Of a DNA stretch of 62,017 nucleotides, positions 61,710 to 62,017 are shown piece after piece. Below the pieces are notes generated by a model, which worked only from the letters and a program-made list of their open reading frames with translations, ran no database searches and was not told where the DNA came from. The translations under genes and the position numbers were made by a program. Location of the stretch: NCBI GenBank assembly GCA_037130415.1, contig JBAXTA010000001.1, positions 1 to 62,017 on the forward strand. Reading direction: 5' to 3'. The DNA comes from Spirochaetota bacterium (GTDB taxonomy: Bacteria > Spirochaetota > Spirochaetia > Treponematales > Rectinemataceae). Position 1 is the first letter of the stretch, and each line of letters starts with the position of its first letter.

Positions 61710-62017
61710 ATGCTTTACCGCCGTTTCCCCAAGATCCAGGATATCGAGGTGTCAGCCCTCGGCCTCGGCTGCATGCGCCTTCCGACCAAGGGCGGTGACG
61801 CCGCCGCCATCGACGAGGCCGCCGTCGAAGACATGTTCCGCGCCGCCATCGACTCGGGCATCAATTACATCGACACCGCCTGGCCCTACCACCGCGAGAT
61901 GAGCGAAGCGGTGGTGGGCCGGACGCTTGCGCGGCTTGGCGCCAGGGACAAGGTCTACCTCGCGACAAAAAGCCCGGTATGGCTCGTCAAGGATGAGGGT
62001 GACTGGGAGCGCTATAT
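61710..62017 (+). CDS. Aldo/keto reductase, 5' part (truncated by window end)
   Basis: ATG 61710 gives MLYRRFPKIQDIEVSALGLGCMRLP...INYIDTAWPYH, a typical AKR N-terminus. The frame stays open to the window end. Confidence 0.75.
   Translation, partial: MLYRRFPKIQDIEVSALGLGCMRLPTKGGDAAAIDEAAVEDMFRAAIDSGINYIDTAWPYHREMSEAVVGRTLARLGARDKVYLATKSPVWLVKDEGDWERY

Overview
This is a 62-kb, high-G+C bacterial chromosomal segment, densely coding on both strands. I count about 52 protein genes and one tRNA-Leu(CAA). I saw no rRNA, CRISPR array, transposase, integrase or recognisable phage or defence gene.

Layout from left to right:
1. An SBP-fused HisKA_2 sensor kinase, a DUF1707/LiaF-C-like protein and a PAP2 phosphatase.
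2. tRNA-Leu, followed directly by a nested inverted-repeat element.
3. An eight-gene minus-strand sugar-acid operon: a PotABCD-type ABC importer, an AGE-family epimerase, UxaC, a UxaE-like epimerase and a UxuB-like SDR. A LacI regulator is divergent from it, with two perfect palindromic operators between them.
4. Ada, an orphan SBP-like protein, a Pif1-like helicase, a PAS/REC/HPt hybrid kinase, pyruvate kinase, a second HisKA_2 kinase, an SDR plus YgiQ radical-SAM pair, and a membrane-anchored Holliday-junction-resolvase-like nuclease.
5. A translationally coupled minus-strand operon: membrane class III cyclase, lipoprotein, OmpA-like protein, ABC ATPase and a large exporter permease, followed by a dCache MCP.
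6. A five-gene Dpp/Opp-type ABC operon with an internal terminator plus promoter.
7. Exonuclease I, a Gfo/Idh/MocA oxidoreductase and a PaaI thioesterase.
8. The most unusual part: an ~11-kb block (45.1-56.1 kb) that looks lower in G+C by eye. It holds six co-directional, tightly packed genes for paralogous, domain-shuffled surface lipoproteins. They share N-terminal modules and carry variable InlB B-repeat, FN3-like, Big_2, LamG, SBBP-propeller, CHB_HEX_C-like and beta-helix parts. One gene junction carries a frame break exactly at a domain boundary.
9. A CHASE2 class III cyclase, divergent from a three-gene envelope operon (small secreted protein, putative beta-barrel protein, FecR-domain protein).
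10. The 5' end of an aldo/keto reductase.

Many long ORFs in the six-frame track are antisense shadow ORFs typical of GC-rich DNA, and I rejected them. All family assignments come from motifs I recognised by eye; no database search was run. The lineage (possibly spirochaete-like, given relaxed lipoboxes, many class III cyclases and the UxaE pathway) is only a weak inference.
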